Position numbers and translations under genes: made by a program. Positions 10,320 through 22,107 of a stretch of 64,000 nt of DNA are shown here, in pieces. The notes below the pieces were generated by a model, which saw only the letters and a list, made by a program, of their open reading frames with translations, had not been told where the DNA came from and did no database searches. Position 1 is the stretch's first letter; each line of letters starts with the position of its first letter. The stretch is from Schmidtea polychroa (lineage: Eukaryota), in NCBI GenBank assembly GCA_044892525.1, contig CM097885.1, positions 252,030,001-252,094,000 of the forward strand, given 5' to 3'.

Positions 10320-11960
10320 AAACAAAAATAATGACAGGCTAGACGTAATGTTACGCATATTACAGCTAAAGTTCAAAATATCATAATGTATTTTAATTTA
10401 AAGAGTGGGTAGGACAAGGAATATATATTTTGCTGGTGAATATTTTCTCAGTATATGAGCTTGTACACTCTTGAATTTACCCGCCATATTTTATCCATTT
10501 TCATAACCTTGTTCTCTAATATCATTTATATTTAACCCGTCAAGAGCTGATTTGTTCAATATTTCATTTGTAATTTCTTCTCCAGTCTTATTATTTGAAC
10601 AAATAAAATCAATAAACCTCTCTTCAACATTATTACTAAAAATTTTAACATATATAATTTGATATAAATCAGGAGTTGCATCTATAAATATGGTATAATA
10701 TTTTACCTCTTATTTCTTTTAATATTTTATTTCTGACTTTTGAGGACAATAGTTGAATAAATTCATTTGTATACTAGGACTTAGATAATCCATTTGGTTT
10801 TTTTGCTCTACTTTCTAAAATTTGTTCTAAAATTACATAATTACTTAGTAGATCAATTAAATTCAGAAAAATGACGGATTTTAAACTTCCGCCTATAGTT
10901 TTTATTCGCATTTCTTAACGCCAAATTGTTTTTAGTACAAAAAAGAATACATCTCAAGATTATTTTTAAGATGACTTCATTTTTTAATTTGATTTTTTAT
11001 TTCTAACTGAAAGTTTTCATTTATAGTTGTTTCTGTTGATTATATTTATAACAGCTTGAAGTGCTTTCAAAAATGTTTTAGTTCCCAAATTGTTAATCAA
11101 ATCAAAATAAAAAAATAGAATATAAAAATAAAATAAAAAAAATCAATATCAAAATTCGCGCACACAGGCGTGATTACAAAATATTTAAAAATCACTACTG
11201 CGAACACAGATGCGAACTCAAAATGCAAAAAATCGCGCATACAGACACAACCAAACTAAACATAAAAAGACATTCAATTGGCCGGAACAATAGTATTATT
11301 GGCTCCTAAGTTTCTTTCCAAAATTATCCATGAAGTGTATCTGTTTATATGATTCGATGAAGATTCATCTTTAGGTATTCTCGGATTTAAGTATTTCCAT
11401 TTTGCAAATCCGTTGTTTTGCTCGCTAAAAGGTGAACAATGAGTTTTTGAGAAAAACAATATAAGGCATTCATTTTCTGTGAATAAAATAGCCATTTTCT
11501 GATAATCTTTTCATTATAATTTGTGCTTTGTACGTCCAAGTGTTATTAAAACTGCGGCCAATGCCATTAGCATCATCATTTGAACAAGGATATTTCTCTA
11601 ATTCACTATGTTCTGGGTCATGTAAAATAAGTAAACATCGAAATTGATAGAATTTAAATTCCAAATAACATGACTACTAAAATCTATTTCTAAATCTTTA
11701 TGATATTTCTCATTAATATTTATGTAGTCTACAGAAGTTTGAACTTCTTTCGCAATTCGAACTCCGATATTTGCGCATATTTCTTGCAAAAACATTTGTA
11801 ATTCCCAATTTATTTTCAGTATTTGTATCTGACATAGAAACTTGATGAACTACTTCATGTTCAATGTGTTCAACTACATCCTCCTCAATGTTCCTTTCAG
11901 CAGAAAAGGTGACATATCTCGTAGGTGTAGTTTTTTGTCCAATAACTTAGATTGTTTTTC
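10320..11960 (-). mobile_element. Degenerate hAT transposase of the ZMYM1/DUF4371 (TTF zinc-finger) type
   Basis: Broken frames give GRSFNNTW, GFAKWK..DESS.H..W (TTF-type finger), FIDATPD, ERFIDF, REQGYENG*NMAGKFKSVQAHI and YIPCPTHSLN (CxxH). Confidence 0.7.
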
Positions 11961-12439
11961 GTTTTGCAGCTGTAATTTTTTTTCGTTTTTTATTCTTCTA
12001 ACAGGATAATTTCTTTTTTGAATCATCTGAATTGGGTAAATAAAAGTAACAAAATAGTAAAATATGAAGATAATATGTTTTTTAATACTTACTTTTTAAT
12101 AAACTTGTATTTATGAACTATTGATTTTTAAGTTAAAAAGATTTTCAAAGTCTATTTAAAAAAATATTCGTTTAATGTTTACCATTACATTTCAAAATTG
12201 ACATTTGACAGTGGCATTTTTCATTATAATCTTTAAGTTAGCGTTTTTCAAAAAATAAGCATAGCATGATTTTTAAATACCGGAATCATTTTTTCCCTTT
12301 CATGGTTAAAATTAACGAAAAAATAATTTTGAAGAAATTTACATAAATTTACTAGAATTTTGCAATTTTGTATAAAGCTGTAATAAATCATGTTTACTGA
12401 GTAAAAACTGTTTAAAATTTGAAAAATGTAAAATGATTG

Positions 12440-13290
12440 AGCGCCTAGTTAATTCAATTCATTAGAAATTATTGGTTTTATTACAATGACCGTTTTTTTC
12501 CTTTTTTATTTTTGTTGGCAAGCTGTACATAAACTTTGATACAACATTACTCAGTTGTAACATTGTTGTATTTATTACTTAATTCTTTCGACCACCATGT
12601 CCGATACAGATTTGAGCATTGTGTATTATGTCAAATAGTTTTTGGAACAAAATATTTGACACTTGTGTAGTGTCTCTGACTAGCACTTTTATCAATTTAA
12701 TAATTGAACTAAAAATATATTATTAAATTAATTAAATTAAAATAAAAAATTAAAAACAATTGTTTAAATAATCTTTTACTTTCTCTTTTTTCGAAAACCA
12801 TCATCAAATTCGAACATATCTAACAAAGTTACTGAAGTCGAACAAGTTGCAGAAGTTGAATCAACTGAAGAAGTTGAAGAATCATCAAATCGAGTCAAAA
12901 TCAATGGATCAAATATGTCAGAAATACAGGAAACAGAAATCTTCGTCTTATTCACAATGATGTCTCTGATGATGTTCAAGTTCTTCAACAATGTTAATTA
13001 CAATAAATTCTTTGTTCAAATTAATTGTATGTTCCTACAACTTGTATTTCCATCGCTATTATCAACTGGGAAAATTAAACGTTCTACTTTACCTATATTT
13101 ATAATATCATAGCGATGTAGACGACGATAATCGAGTGGTATTTTAAAATGTTCTTTATGGTTTTATTACAATGACCGTTTTTTTCCTTTTTTATTTTTGT
13201 TGGCAAGCTGTACATAAACTTTGATACAACATTATTCAGTTGTAACATTGTTGTATTTATTACTTAATTCTTTCGACCACCATATATACA
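12440..13290 (-). mobile_element. Rearranged fragments of a Ginger2/KRBA2-like integrase transposon
   Basis: PLDYRRLHRYDIINIGKVERLIFP, LFDIIHN..IGHGGR and LCTACQQK..VIKPIIS are typical of the N-terminal zinc-binding region of KRBA2/SCAND3-like integrases. A ~125-bp piece is duplicated (about 12473-12597 and 13159-13282). Confidence 0.6.
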
Positions 13291-14030
13291 CATTGTTTTT
13301 TCTTTTAGTTCCAATTACTTCATTTAACTGTTTGTTAACCTCTTCTCGTTGATTCATTTCTGCAATATTTAGATATTTTTAAAAAAGTATTACGTAAATA
13401 ATGAACTCTAATAATACTTACTTAAAATTGTAATATTTTTTGAAACATTGCAAGTAATAATACGAATTGTATAAATATTAAAATTGACTAATCGCTTAAA
13501 ATCAAGCAAATATTAAACAACCTAAAAAGAAATTTTATTCAAAATGTATTTAGAATTTATCAAAATTTTCTAATCAGTTGTACTTTGCACTTTTTCCATT
13601 ACATCTAGATTAAAGTAAATATGGTAACAAAGTAATCGGTAAATGTATTTTACCGATTATTTACCAAATCTTGTAGTTAATGTACACATTTACTGTTACA
13701 TATACATTGTATTTTGAGGACGAATCTTTGAAAGCATTTAATTCTTTGAAAATAGCTAAAATTGGCGAAAGGTCAAAAAACAAAATAAGTTGAAAATAAA
13801 TTGTTGAGGATACATAAATTACAAAATAAAAATAATCATTTATGGTTAAAATTCAAAGTTAAAATTTTTTTGAGGATTTGTGCAAGAATTTTTGAAAGCG
13901 TTGTGGATGGAATGTTAAACAGCAGAAACAAGTTTGTAGACGTTTCTGTTGTGTCCGTCCTATTTTTAAACTTTGTAAGGATTTACTTTTCAAAACTACA
14001 AATAGTGCAGGTTAGATTTTTGTGTAATTA

Positions 14031-14590
14031 CAGTGAATGCTCTATATAAGCAACTCATTTGAACCAATTTCAATAAAAAAGTTTCTTATTGGGAAAAGTT
14101 GCTTATAAGGAAAAAAGGAATATAAAAATACATACCATCTAGAAAATATTTTTACTTATCTCTTTTACTACCTCAGCTGTGTGGAATAAATAAATTCAGT
14201 TTTTTTTGCAAAAGAAAACATTTTATTATAATTATGATAAGCGTAGTTATTAATTTTATTTTTTAAAAAAATTAGACAATCAAATTTTAATAAATCGATG
14301 GTTTATTGCGGCACTAATTGCCCAAACAAATACTAAAAGAATTACATATATTTTACATATATTTGTTCATGATAACTTTTTTTCTTAATATTTTTAACTA
14401 AAGAACCTCATTGCAGGGTAAGTCATTATCTTTTGCGTATTCTATCGCCAAATTAAAAGATTTTATAACATCGATGTTTTTATTAGTGTCATCCGACATT
14501 TTTTCATTTTCATCAACAAGAGCAGTTTCATTTTCTAATTTTGGATTTTCTATAAGGTCAAATAAATTATATGCCTCGTTCATTCATTCA
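14031..14590 (-). mobile_element. Probable pogo/Tigger 3' end (C-terminal fragment plus TA-flanked CAGTG TIR)
   Basis: TA|CAGTGAATGCTCTATATAAGCAAC at 14029-14054. The acidic C-terminal ORF 14398-14583 resembles Tigger transposase tails. Confidence 0.35.
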
Positions 14591-14595
14591 AATAG

Positions 14596-17500
14596 TACGT
14601 CCCTGGGCCAGGGGGATGACTTTAATCATTCAACAGTGATGTTGGCGGGTAACTACTCGGATGACCCTCTTTAGTACAGCTTTTAGTCTAGAGGATGAAT
14701 GCCCACATCGATTACGCTCGTCCTTATTTTGGTCATCGCCGAGCAGAACCCGCACATAACCTGCACTCCAACATAGCACCCGTGAATCGCATCACGTTGT
14801 AACTGTGTTATGCCGGCGAGACGCCAGTAAGCAGGTGAGCCACCTTCGGACTACTCCTTACTGAGGCCTCGACTTCCTAACCCTGACTGCCGATAGAAGG
14901 ACTTACGTCTAATCATTCCGTCGCCCCATCGCAATGTTTCTAGCTGGGATTGCCAACTGACTAATGCTCCTCATTTTCTGCGACTCTCAATGCTATTCAC
15001 CAATTTCATATCAACTGTCTTAAGGTAAAACAAAAACACGTATGCAGACGAAAATGGTTTATTGTTAGAATTATTATACAAATATATCGAGAACTTATAC
15101 AACAAAATTCACAAGAACAGGAAAAACACAAGGATAGAAAATGATATCAGAAGATGTTCAGGTCTCTCTAGAGGATGAGGCCAGTTTACGGGGAAGTTCT
15201 CATTTTTCCCACTCCGAGTCGGCGAGTAACTCGTCTAAATCAAAAAATTCGGCGGCGTTTTCTTCCCATGTCACCCCGGCGGCGGATATGACTCGCCCTG
15301 AGATTCCGGTGGTTAGATCGACTACGGTTGGGTTGCTGTTGCTGTCGACGGGGGTGACGGTCGATGGTATGATTCGTTTGATGGAAGCCCGCTCTCGTTG
15401 CTTTCGTTTACGTTCGGCGCGTGACAGTTGCCGACGTTTAGGTTTTGACGCTGCTGGTGTTTGCACGGTTGATGAAGATGCGACGTTTGACTGGACCTTA
15501 CTAGTCCCGGTGAGTACAATATCTGGACCTCTGGAAGAAAGCTCGGTCTCCACGCACTCACGGCAAGACTTCCCGAATGGAGATGAAGACCCGACAGGGG
15601 TATCATGGTGCGCTGGGAAAAGATTACCGGCTTCACTAATTGGGATCTTTGCGATTTTCCTAGTGGTTGCTTCTTGGACGTACAATTTATGCAGCGCCTC
15701 CGACTGCTCTTTTATTAAGCTTCTCTGCGCCCGACTCTCGGAAATCAGCGCATCACGACAGTGCTCGCTTCGGTATAACTTCTTCTGAGTCTCTTTCATC
15801 TGAGTGGGACTAAACCATGTCCCCTCTAACTCGTCTATCTTTCTTTTGTACTTTCCGATTTGAGCCTGTAGATCTTTGATGATTGATTTCTTGTCTGAAC
15901 AAGAAAAGCAGGGTCTGAAAATGGTCTTGGAATTGGGTAACATCTTGGGTAGCTGTGAAGAAAAGATGGAAATGAAAATAAATTAAATCAACTAGAAACG
16001 TCATCATCCGGTCACATTTATACTTTACTGATCATAGATAGTTTCACAGACAAAACGGGTTTATTAGCCGAAGAAATTCCTCTACGCTATGGACCTTTGT
16101 TCACCTTGGGTCATTATTTATAAGAACATAAATCAGTCAAGCACGATTTTACACAAGGAAAGTAAGGTATTACTACTGATAAGGAAAATTCTAGGTCGAG
16201 GAAATTACGATTTAGTTAATTTACTTGAAAATAGCAAATAGCATTAGAAGAGAGTTGAATTAAATTACTGACTTATCCCAAACAAATAATTTCGATGTGT
16301 AGATCTTATATATACATAGGTCGATTAATTTTAAATTAATTATTTAAGATAAATAGGAATCTGTCAATTGCTCTTGAATAGTTTATTTATGATAAACGAG
16401 AATTTGTTAATTAATTTGTTAATTAATTTTCAATTATTTATTTATTATAAACGAGAATTTGTCAAAAATGGATAAATAAATAAATTAATCCCACCAAGTG
16501 GACTCAAAAGGTCTGTTTGACTGCTGTCTATTATTTCCGACCGGTGGGAAATCTAGTGGCTGTCAGCGGTTTAATTTGATAAATGAAAATTCCAGCTGAC
16601 ACGTCCGGTCTGATTTTCTACGAGTAATAGTCAGTGTAAATCTACACACTGCGATTAACCGCTGTAGTGAGTCTAAACGTGTGACGCATGAAAATTTTCT
16701 CTCACATACTTATTTTCAATCATAATCACTGACTGGTGTTCTCAGTCTGGAATCTATATCGTATGCCTATGTATGCATGCCGGCATATTCTCTCGATGTA
16801 ATCCTGATCGACCAGCTGCGTAAATGCCCAAACTCCACTTCACACGATGTTGGCATGCTATCTCTCACGGAAATTTTGGAAAAGTACGATTCTTTGCATC
16901 GCTAATGTTGGATATAATTTGCTCCGAGGATGGATTATGCGACCACTCAAATGCTATTTATCAATCCGTTCCTGACGATTTGGAAATTTATTGCCTATCT
17001 CATCGCTGGATTTTCAACTCAATGAAATGTAGATATTTTACATTTAATTAAGTAAGAATTATTATGCTAAATTGTTTTTTAGAAAATATATTTTTCCTGA
17101 CTAGATTTATTTGCATTTTACGTTTAAAAATTGTTTGAAACTAATTATTTTATGTAATTCCATACAACTACATCTTTAAGAGAACATATAGACGATGAAA
17201 ATAGCAGTTATGAAAGGTCGTAGGCTGAAAATTTGCAGGAATAAATTTCGAGTAAAAAGCATGAACACCGATGATATGTCACATATAGCACTACTGATGT
17301 TTGAACGGTTTTGACGAAAAAAACTTGCATAGATCTTTGGGATGATAGAGAAAATTTGAGCTTGGTAAAAACGATATCGTGATACGATAGTGCGACACCC
17401 TCAATCACTGCGCGAATATATAAAAACTCTCTGATTCATTTATTTATACATCTCTGCTTTCGATCGCTGTATGACTACCAATTTTCTAGCAAAATTTTTC

Positions 17501-18200
17501 TATAGAATTTAGTCGCACCTTCAGCGACGGACCCGTGAGGAAGCCCCCACATTACGGCCCGAATCAGCTGCGTGATTGAAAAACCCCATGTCCACCGGCT
17601 GAGCTCCCGAAGGCACCTCACACCATGACATGGAGTATCTCAACGCCACGTTTCTCGAAAATTTAAATAGCATTAAATAATAATTCATAAAAATCAACAA
17701 TTCATAAAAATCAATAATTCATAGTAAATCATTTATTGTTAAATAACTAAATCATTTAATTAAGCAAAGTATTTGAATCAAGCGAAAAGAAAACAAGTTC
17801 TTTAAATTAAAAATATAATTAGTTCATACGCATAACTATTACTTAAAAGTTCAAAATATAAAATCAAAAGATCCTTACCGAGTGTTTAGTATGAGTATAT
17901 AGGCTGAGTCGAAAATATACTGGGTCGAATTAATTAATGCTCGAATATTGTATAGATTCAACTGAAGTTTCTTGGATCCTGGAATAGTCCTCGTAAGTTG
18001 CTGTGAGTTGGTTGTTTTAACTGTGAGTTGCTGTTTCTTCGGAAAATTTATCTATTGAAGTTGTTAGATTAACGGTAATCGAAATTTTAAAATTTACTTA
18101 CCTATTGAAGTTGTTAGATTAACGGTAATCATTATGATTTTAATGCCTGCTTATATATTAATTTTTTGTTTGCGCGGACCAATCAGAATTGAGTACCGCT
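14596..18200. mobile_element. Orphan multi-gene unit B2, collinear with B1
   Basis: Anchors in the same order and orientation as B1: CCAGGGGGATGA 14608, Y about 14760-14950, W 15200-15943, GGAAGCCCCCAC 17539, CTTATATA...GCGGACCAATCAGAATTGAG 18150-18193. Confidence 0.5.
15200..15943 (-). CDS. Orphan gene family 'W', copy 3, intact 247 aa
   Basis: Uninterrupted ORF from ATG 15943. Domain order: Cys motif RPCFSCSDK, coiled coil, EGTWFSPTQMK, EHCRD, SEALHKLY, NLFP, S/T-rich linker, basic KRRQLSRAERKRKQR, acidic-aromatic tail WEENAAEFFDLDELLADSEW. A pyrimidine tract ending CACAG lies just upstream and AATAAA about 140 bp downstream. Confidence 0.8.
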   Translation of the reverse strand: MLPNSKTIFRPCFSCSDKKSIIKDLQAQIGKYKRKIDELEGTWFSPTQMKETQKKLYRSEHCRDALISESRAQRSLIKEQSEALHKLYVQEATTRKIAKIPISEAGNLFPAHHDTPVGSSSPFGKSCRECVETELSSRGPDIVLTGTSKVQSNVASSSTVQTPAASKPKRRQLSRAERKRKQRERASIKRIIPSTVTPVDSNSNPTVVDLTTGISGRVISAAGVTWEENAAEFFDLDELLADSEWEK

Positions 18201-18711
18201 TAATTTTATTACTTTAATTTATTTTTCTTGTTTTTGAGTTATTTCTTCCTATTTTCTTTATTTTTATTGTGTTTTTATTTATTTTCCTTAATTTCCTTAT
18301 TATTTACTACATTTTACGTTATTTTCCGTCATTCTATTGTCCTATTTTAATTTTTCTTATTTTTATATTTTTTTGTTTTAATTCTTATTTTCTAATTATT
18401 GTTTTTTCTTATATTCTATTCTATTTTATTCGTCAATCTGTTTATTTTATTTTTATTTTACTTTAGTTATGTTTAACCTAATTTCTTAGATACCCTTCGA
18501 CTCAGCCCAACAGTGAGAATCTCCCGACGGGTTGACTTCAAATACAATAATCAACAAACTAAGTATCAATAAGGTTTATTATAAACGATAAAAACAACCT
18601 ATTCTAACAAGTCAGAGTCGGCCTGATAGAAATAATAACAATATTTACAGAGTGTCTGAGAAGGAGGGTCGCGCTGATCAAAACGATATTTCGAGAATCA
18701 TAAATTATTGG

Positions 18712-19445
18712 TCACTGAAACACCTCTCCCTCGGCTATCAGAGCATCGATGTCTACCTGAAGCCGAGCATCTTCTTGTATTTTGACTACTCCAGAAGGGA
18801 TGAGTCGATAAGCTTCTTTTGCGACAGGTGGATGCGCTTTCGAGATTGGATTATTTGAAGCTTGAGCCGCGAATAGAGACGCTTGTATCCCGACGTTTTT
18901 GGTTTTTCTCCACTCGGGAAGGATGCTTACGCTTTTTTGAGGTAGGAACGGTAAGTGCGACGGCATGATCGATTGACGACGTGGAAGGTACGCTCTTATC
19001 TGTGGTTGTCAGGTAGTCCGTTTTCGTTGATGATACTGATAGAATTGGGTCAACCAATGGCAGAAAGTGTAGTCCATGTCCTGAGCAAATAGTTAGTGGT
19101 TGCGGCACTTCGTCATTGCGTTGATGTAGGGGAACACGTTTGTTCTGGCTTCGATGGGGTACTCCCTCACTCTCTTTTGGATCTCTGAGTCAGAATAGAC
19201 TTTATGAAGCGCCTCCGATTGGGCTTTGATTGTTAGCCGGTGACATCGGCTCTCTTCCAGGAGACTGTCTCTGCAGTGCTCCAGTCTTAAGATTTTTGTT
19301 TTCTCCTTTTTCATCTGTGGTGGGAGAACCACGTGCATTCATAAGTTTCTATGCGCTTCTTAAGAGCCCCGATGTACACGTGAAGCTTGCGTATATCTTC
19401 GTTTTTATCCGCGCAGGAGGCAAGTTTGGCTCACACATGCCTGAA
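18712..19445 (-). pseudogene. Orphan gene family 'W', copy 4 (frameshifted; closest to copy 1)
   Basis: SCADKN, PPQMK, LRLEHCRDSLLEESRC.RLTIKAQSEALHKVY, NVFP, KRKHPSRVEKNQKRR and VDIDALIAEGEVFQ. Confidence 0.72.
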
Positions 19446-19624
19446 AGTAGTTAGAAGATTTTTTTGGGTTTTTGGCTAATTTAAGTCGGTTACCTCTGAC
19501 TCATCGTGTCCTTTAAATCAAAACAATAACGATCCAACGTATATTAAAATAGCAAAATTTACAATCTTTTCTCACCACTTTACAATCAATAATCAAAGTT
19601 ACGTTTGACCGATTCTCCGCTCGG

Positions 19625-20481
19625 TGTTGATGCTTTGATAAAGATAATATTCACCTTTTATTCTCTTAGGTTCTCTTGACCAACGTTTTCCTTTTGTTTC
19701 TTTGATTTGATCCTTGTCACTCTTTTTATTCTTATTCTATCTCTTCTATTTCCCTAATCTCCTAAATTCGTTTTTGCCTTTTCCTAAGCTCGAGTCTTTC
19801 TTACCCTACCTGAGGAAAAATGCCGATTTGCTCTGATTTTCCCCTTCCTTATATACTCTTCGAAATCTGGATGACAAATGGTTATTTCCGAGCCAATCTT
19901 TCACTTGACATTTGCTTCCACGTATCTGCTTCGGCTGTCACCCATAATGGTCCAACGAACAAAGATAATTAATGGCCTTTCTACACGCACTATCTTCTCC
20001 TTGCTCTTTTCTAATTAATCACTGTGTCAAGCTAATGGGCCCAAATCTTCCTTCTGTTTACTTTTCTTCTTGTTTACCCAGCTCGGGTTTCCTTCATCTC
20101 TCGGGTTCTCCATTGGCTCGGGTTTTCTATTAGCCAATTAATTAATTAATTAACGTTTTCTGTTTTTACACATTTAAATGCTTTTCGACCCTTCCGAACC
20201 ATTTTCTGATAAATCCCTAATCATCTTGTTGACCATTACCTGTCCCGTTTTCCCAATTCGATTTCGATGATTTCACAATTTATTGATTTTTCTCGAATTT
20301 CCGGATTCTTGCTTTTCGCAATTGCTTTTGGCATTTTCTAATACTGCTTCCATCGTGCTCTCCTTTACTATCGATTCTGTGCATGATTACGCTTTTATTT
20401 GTCTTTTTTCTTCACTTACTTTTTATTTAAATTATTAACCTAAATTTCATTTAAATTTATTTTAATTTACGGACCTCAACA
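19625..20481 (-). repeat. 3' LTR of the Gypsy element (857 bp)
   Basis: On the minus strand it starts TGTTGA directly after the polypurine tract AAGGGGG (20487-20493) and ends TCAACA at 19625. It contains TATATAA and AATAAA in the expected order. Confidence 0.75.
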
Positions 20482-22107
20482 TATATCCCCCTTAAAAAAA
20501 TTTTTCGTCCTCAAAATCTATGTTTTGATGTGATTATGTCCTTGGACGTAATTTTAAATACATTTAAATATTATTTGATTGTACTTTATACTTTAAATTT
20601 ATTACCTTAAAATTATTTCTTGTCTGTTGTTTAAACAGCCCAATTTAATTATTGTTATTAATCAATAACTAATAAATTTTTTTTAATCAATTTGATCAAT
20701 AATTTTAACTTTGGCCTGTAACATTGGAGAATTTTCGAAAGAAGTTATTTATTAAAATTAAAATTATGCTCGCATCCCTTTAGGCTTTACGAATACCAAA
20801 AAAACAGACACAATGATCCTATTCAAGAAGGAATTATATCAAATCAATGGTTATACCAGATTACATAATATTAAAAAATAATGTTAAATTAAATTATGGA
20901 TTTTATAATAAATTTATTTCTCTATTTTGAGAGAAGCTCAGGCGCTTTAACTCTTTCAAAACCAGTTGCCAAATTTTTATTATCTTTTTCGTTTATTATT
21001 ATATAAAAAAATCCAGCTAATTAGCTAATTGTAAATATTTTTGTAAATATTTCCCTCACTCTCTTGATTTTCAATACAAAAAAATAATTACATCCAAATT
21101 ACATAGTAACGAGTTTTGTTATATATTGTTTTATATTGGTTGTCAAGAGATTTTTGTGGGTGAGACGTCTGGCTTGCATGCAGAGTAGTGATGATATGCT
21201 GGTAATTTTGTGATCAGGAAAATTGAAATGGAAATTGACGAATCAAATTCTAATCAGCCATGAGTTGGACACACAGATCCACACCTAATATAGTCAGGGT
21301 CCTCTGTTTGTAGTTAATAACAACTCTTTCATCATTTCCTGATTTTCTATATATTGTTACCGGCCCATTTCCAACACTCAAGGTTATATGATGTGACTCG
21401 TCTCTGAGAGAAATGGACTGGGTCTAAATCTTAAACCGTGACCATTGGTTTCTCTCTACCGTTCCATTTTCGAGGCATATGTTCTTGTAGTAGTTTGCAC
21501 TAATTGAATAATTTTGATTCATTTTCAATTTCTCATAACGGACAAATGATTTTCGCGAGTTGAGGGTGTCGACATTTAATCCTTGAAATGTGATTCTCAT
21601 TTTCACCAAATCCAGTGGTTTCCAATATATATTGATTCCATTTATCCCTGGTTCTATTTCGATCAAATTTCGTATCTCTTTTGTGTGCACTTCTATCGGA
21701 ATTTGCGTGTACCACTTTGACATGTTCTGTCTCAATAGCCATTGGTATTTGAAATTTGGCTTTAACTTTCGTACCGAAAATACATCTCTATCATAATTCA
21801 GTTCAACAACTGATGCCGTATTGTCCAGTAAATTAATAATTTCTATTTGGTCTGTGATCTCGCATTTACAACTCCATACAATATTTGTTAGAGTGGAATA
21901 TATATATTCTCCATTCCCTGGATTTTGTTTACCGCATATAGCAAGTCAATCCTTTTGCCGCTCGTAACTGTAAAATATAATATCTCATTGATGTAGCTGA
22001 CTGGTGTTGGATTTTTTGTGAATTTCTGTTTCAATTTTGTTTGACCCGTTACTTTATTCTGCTTGGATCTTAAGGGGTATCTAGATTCATCTTCCTCTGG
22101 CACTAGT

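Noticed and set aside
13850-13960. pogo HTH-like FNIPSTTLSKIL on the minus strand
   Set aside because: Too short and isolated to annotate confidently.
15141-15788. 215-aa plus-strand ORF
   Set aside because: It is the antisense shadow of W copy 3 and is not preserved as an open frame opposite the other W copies.
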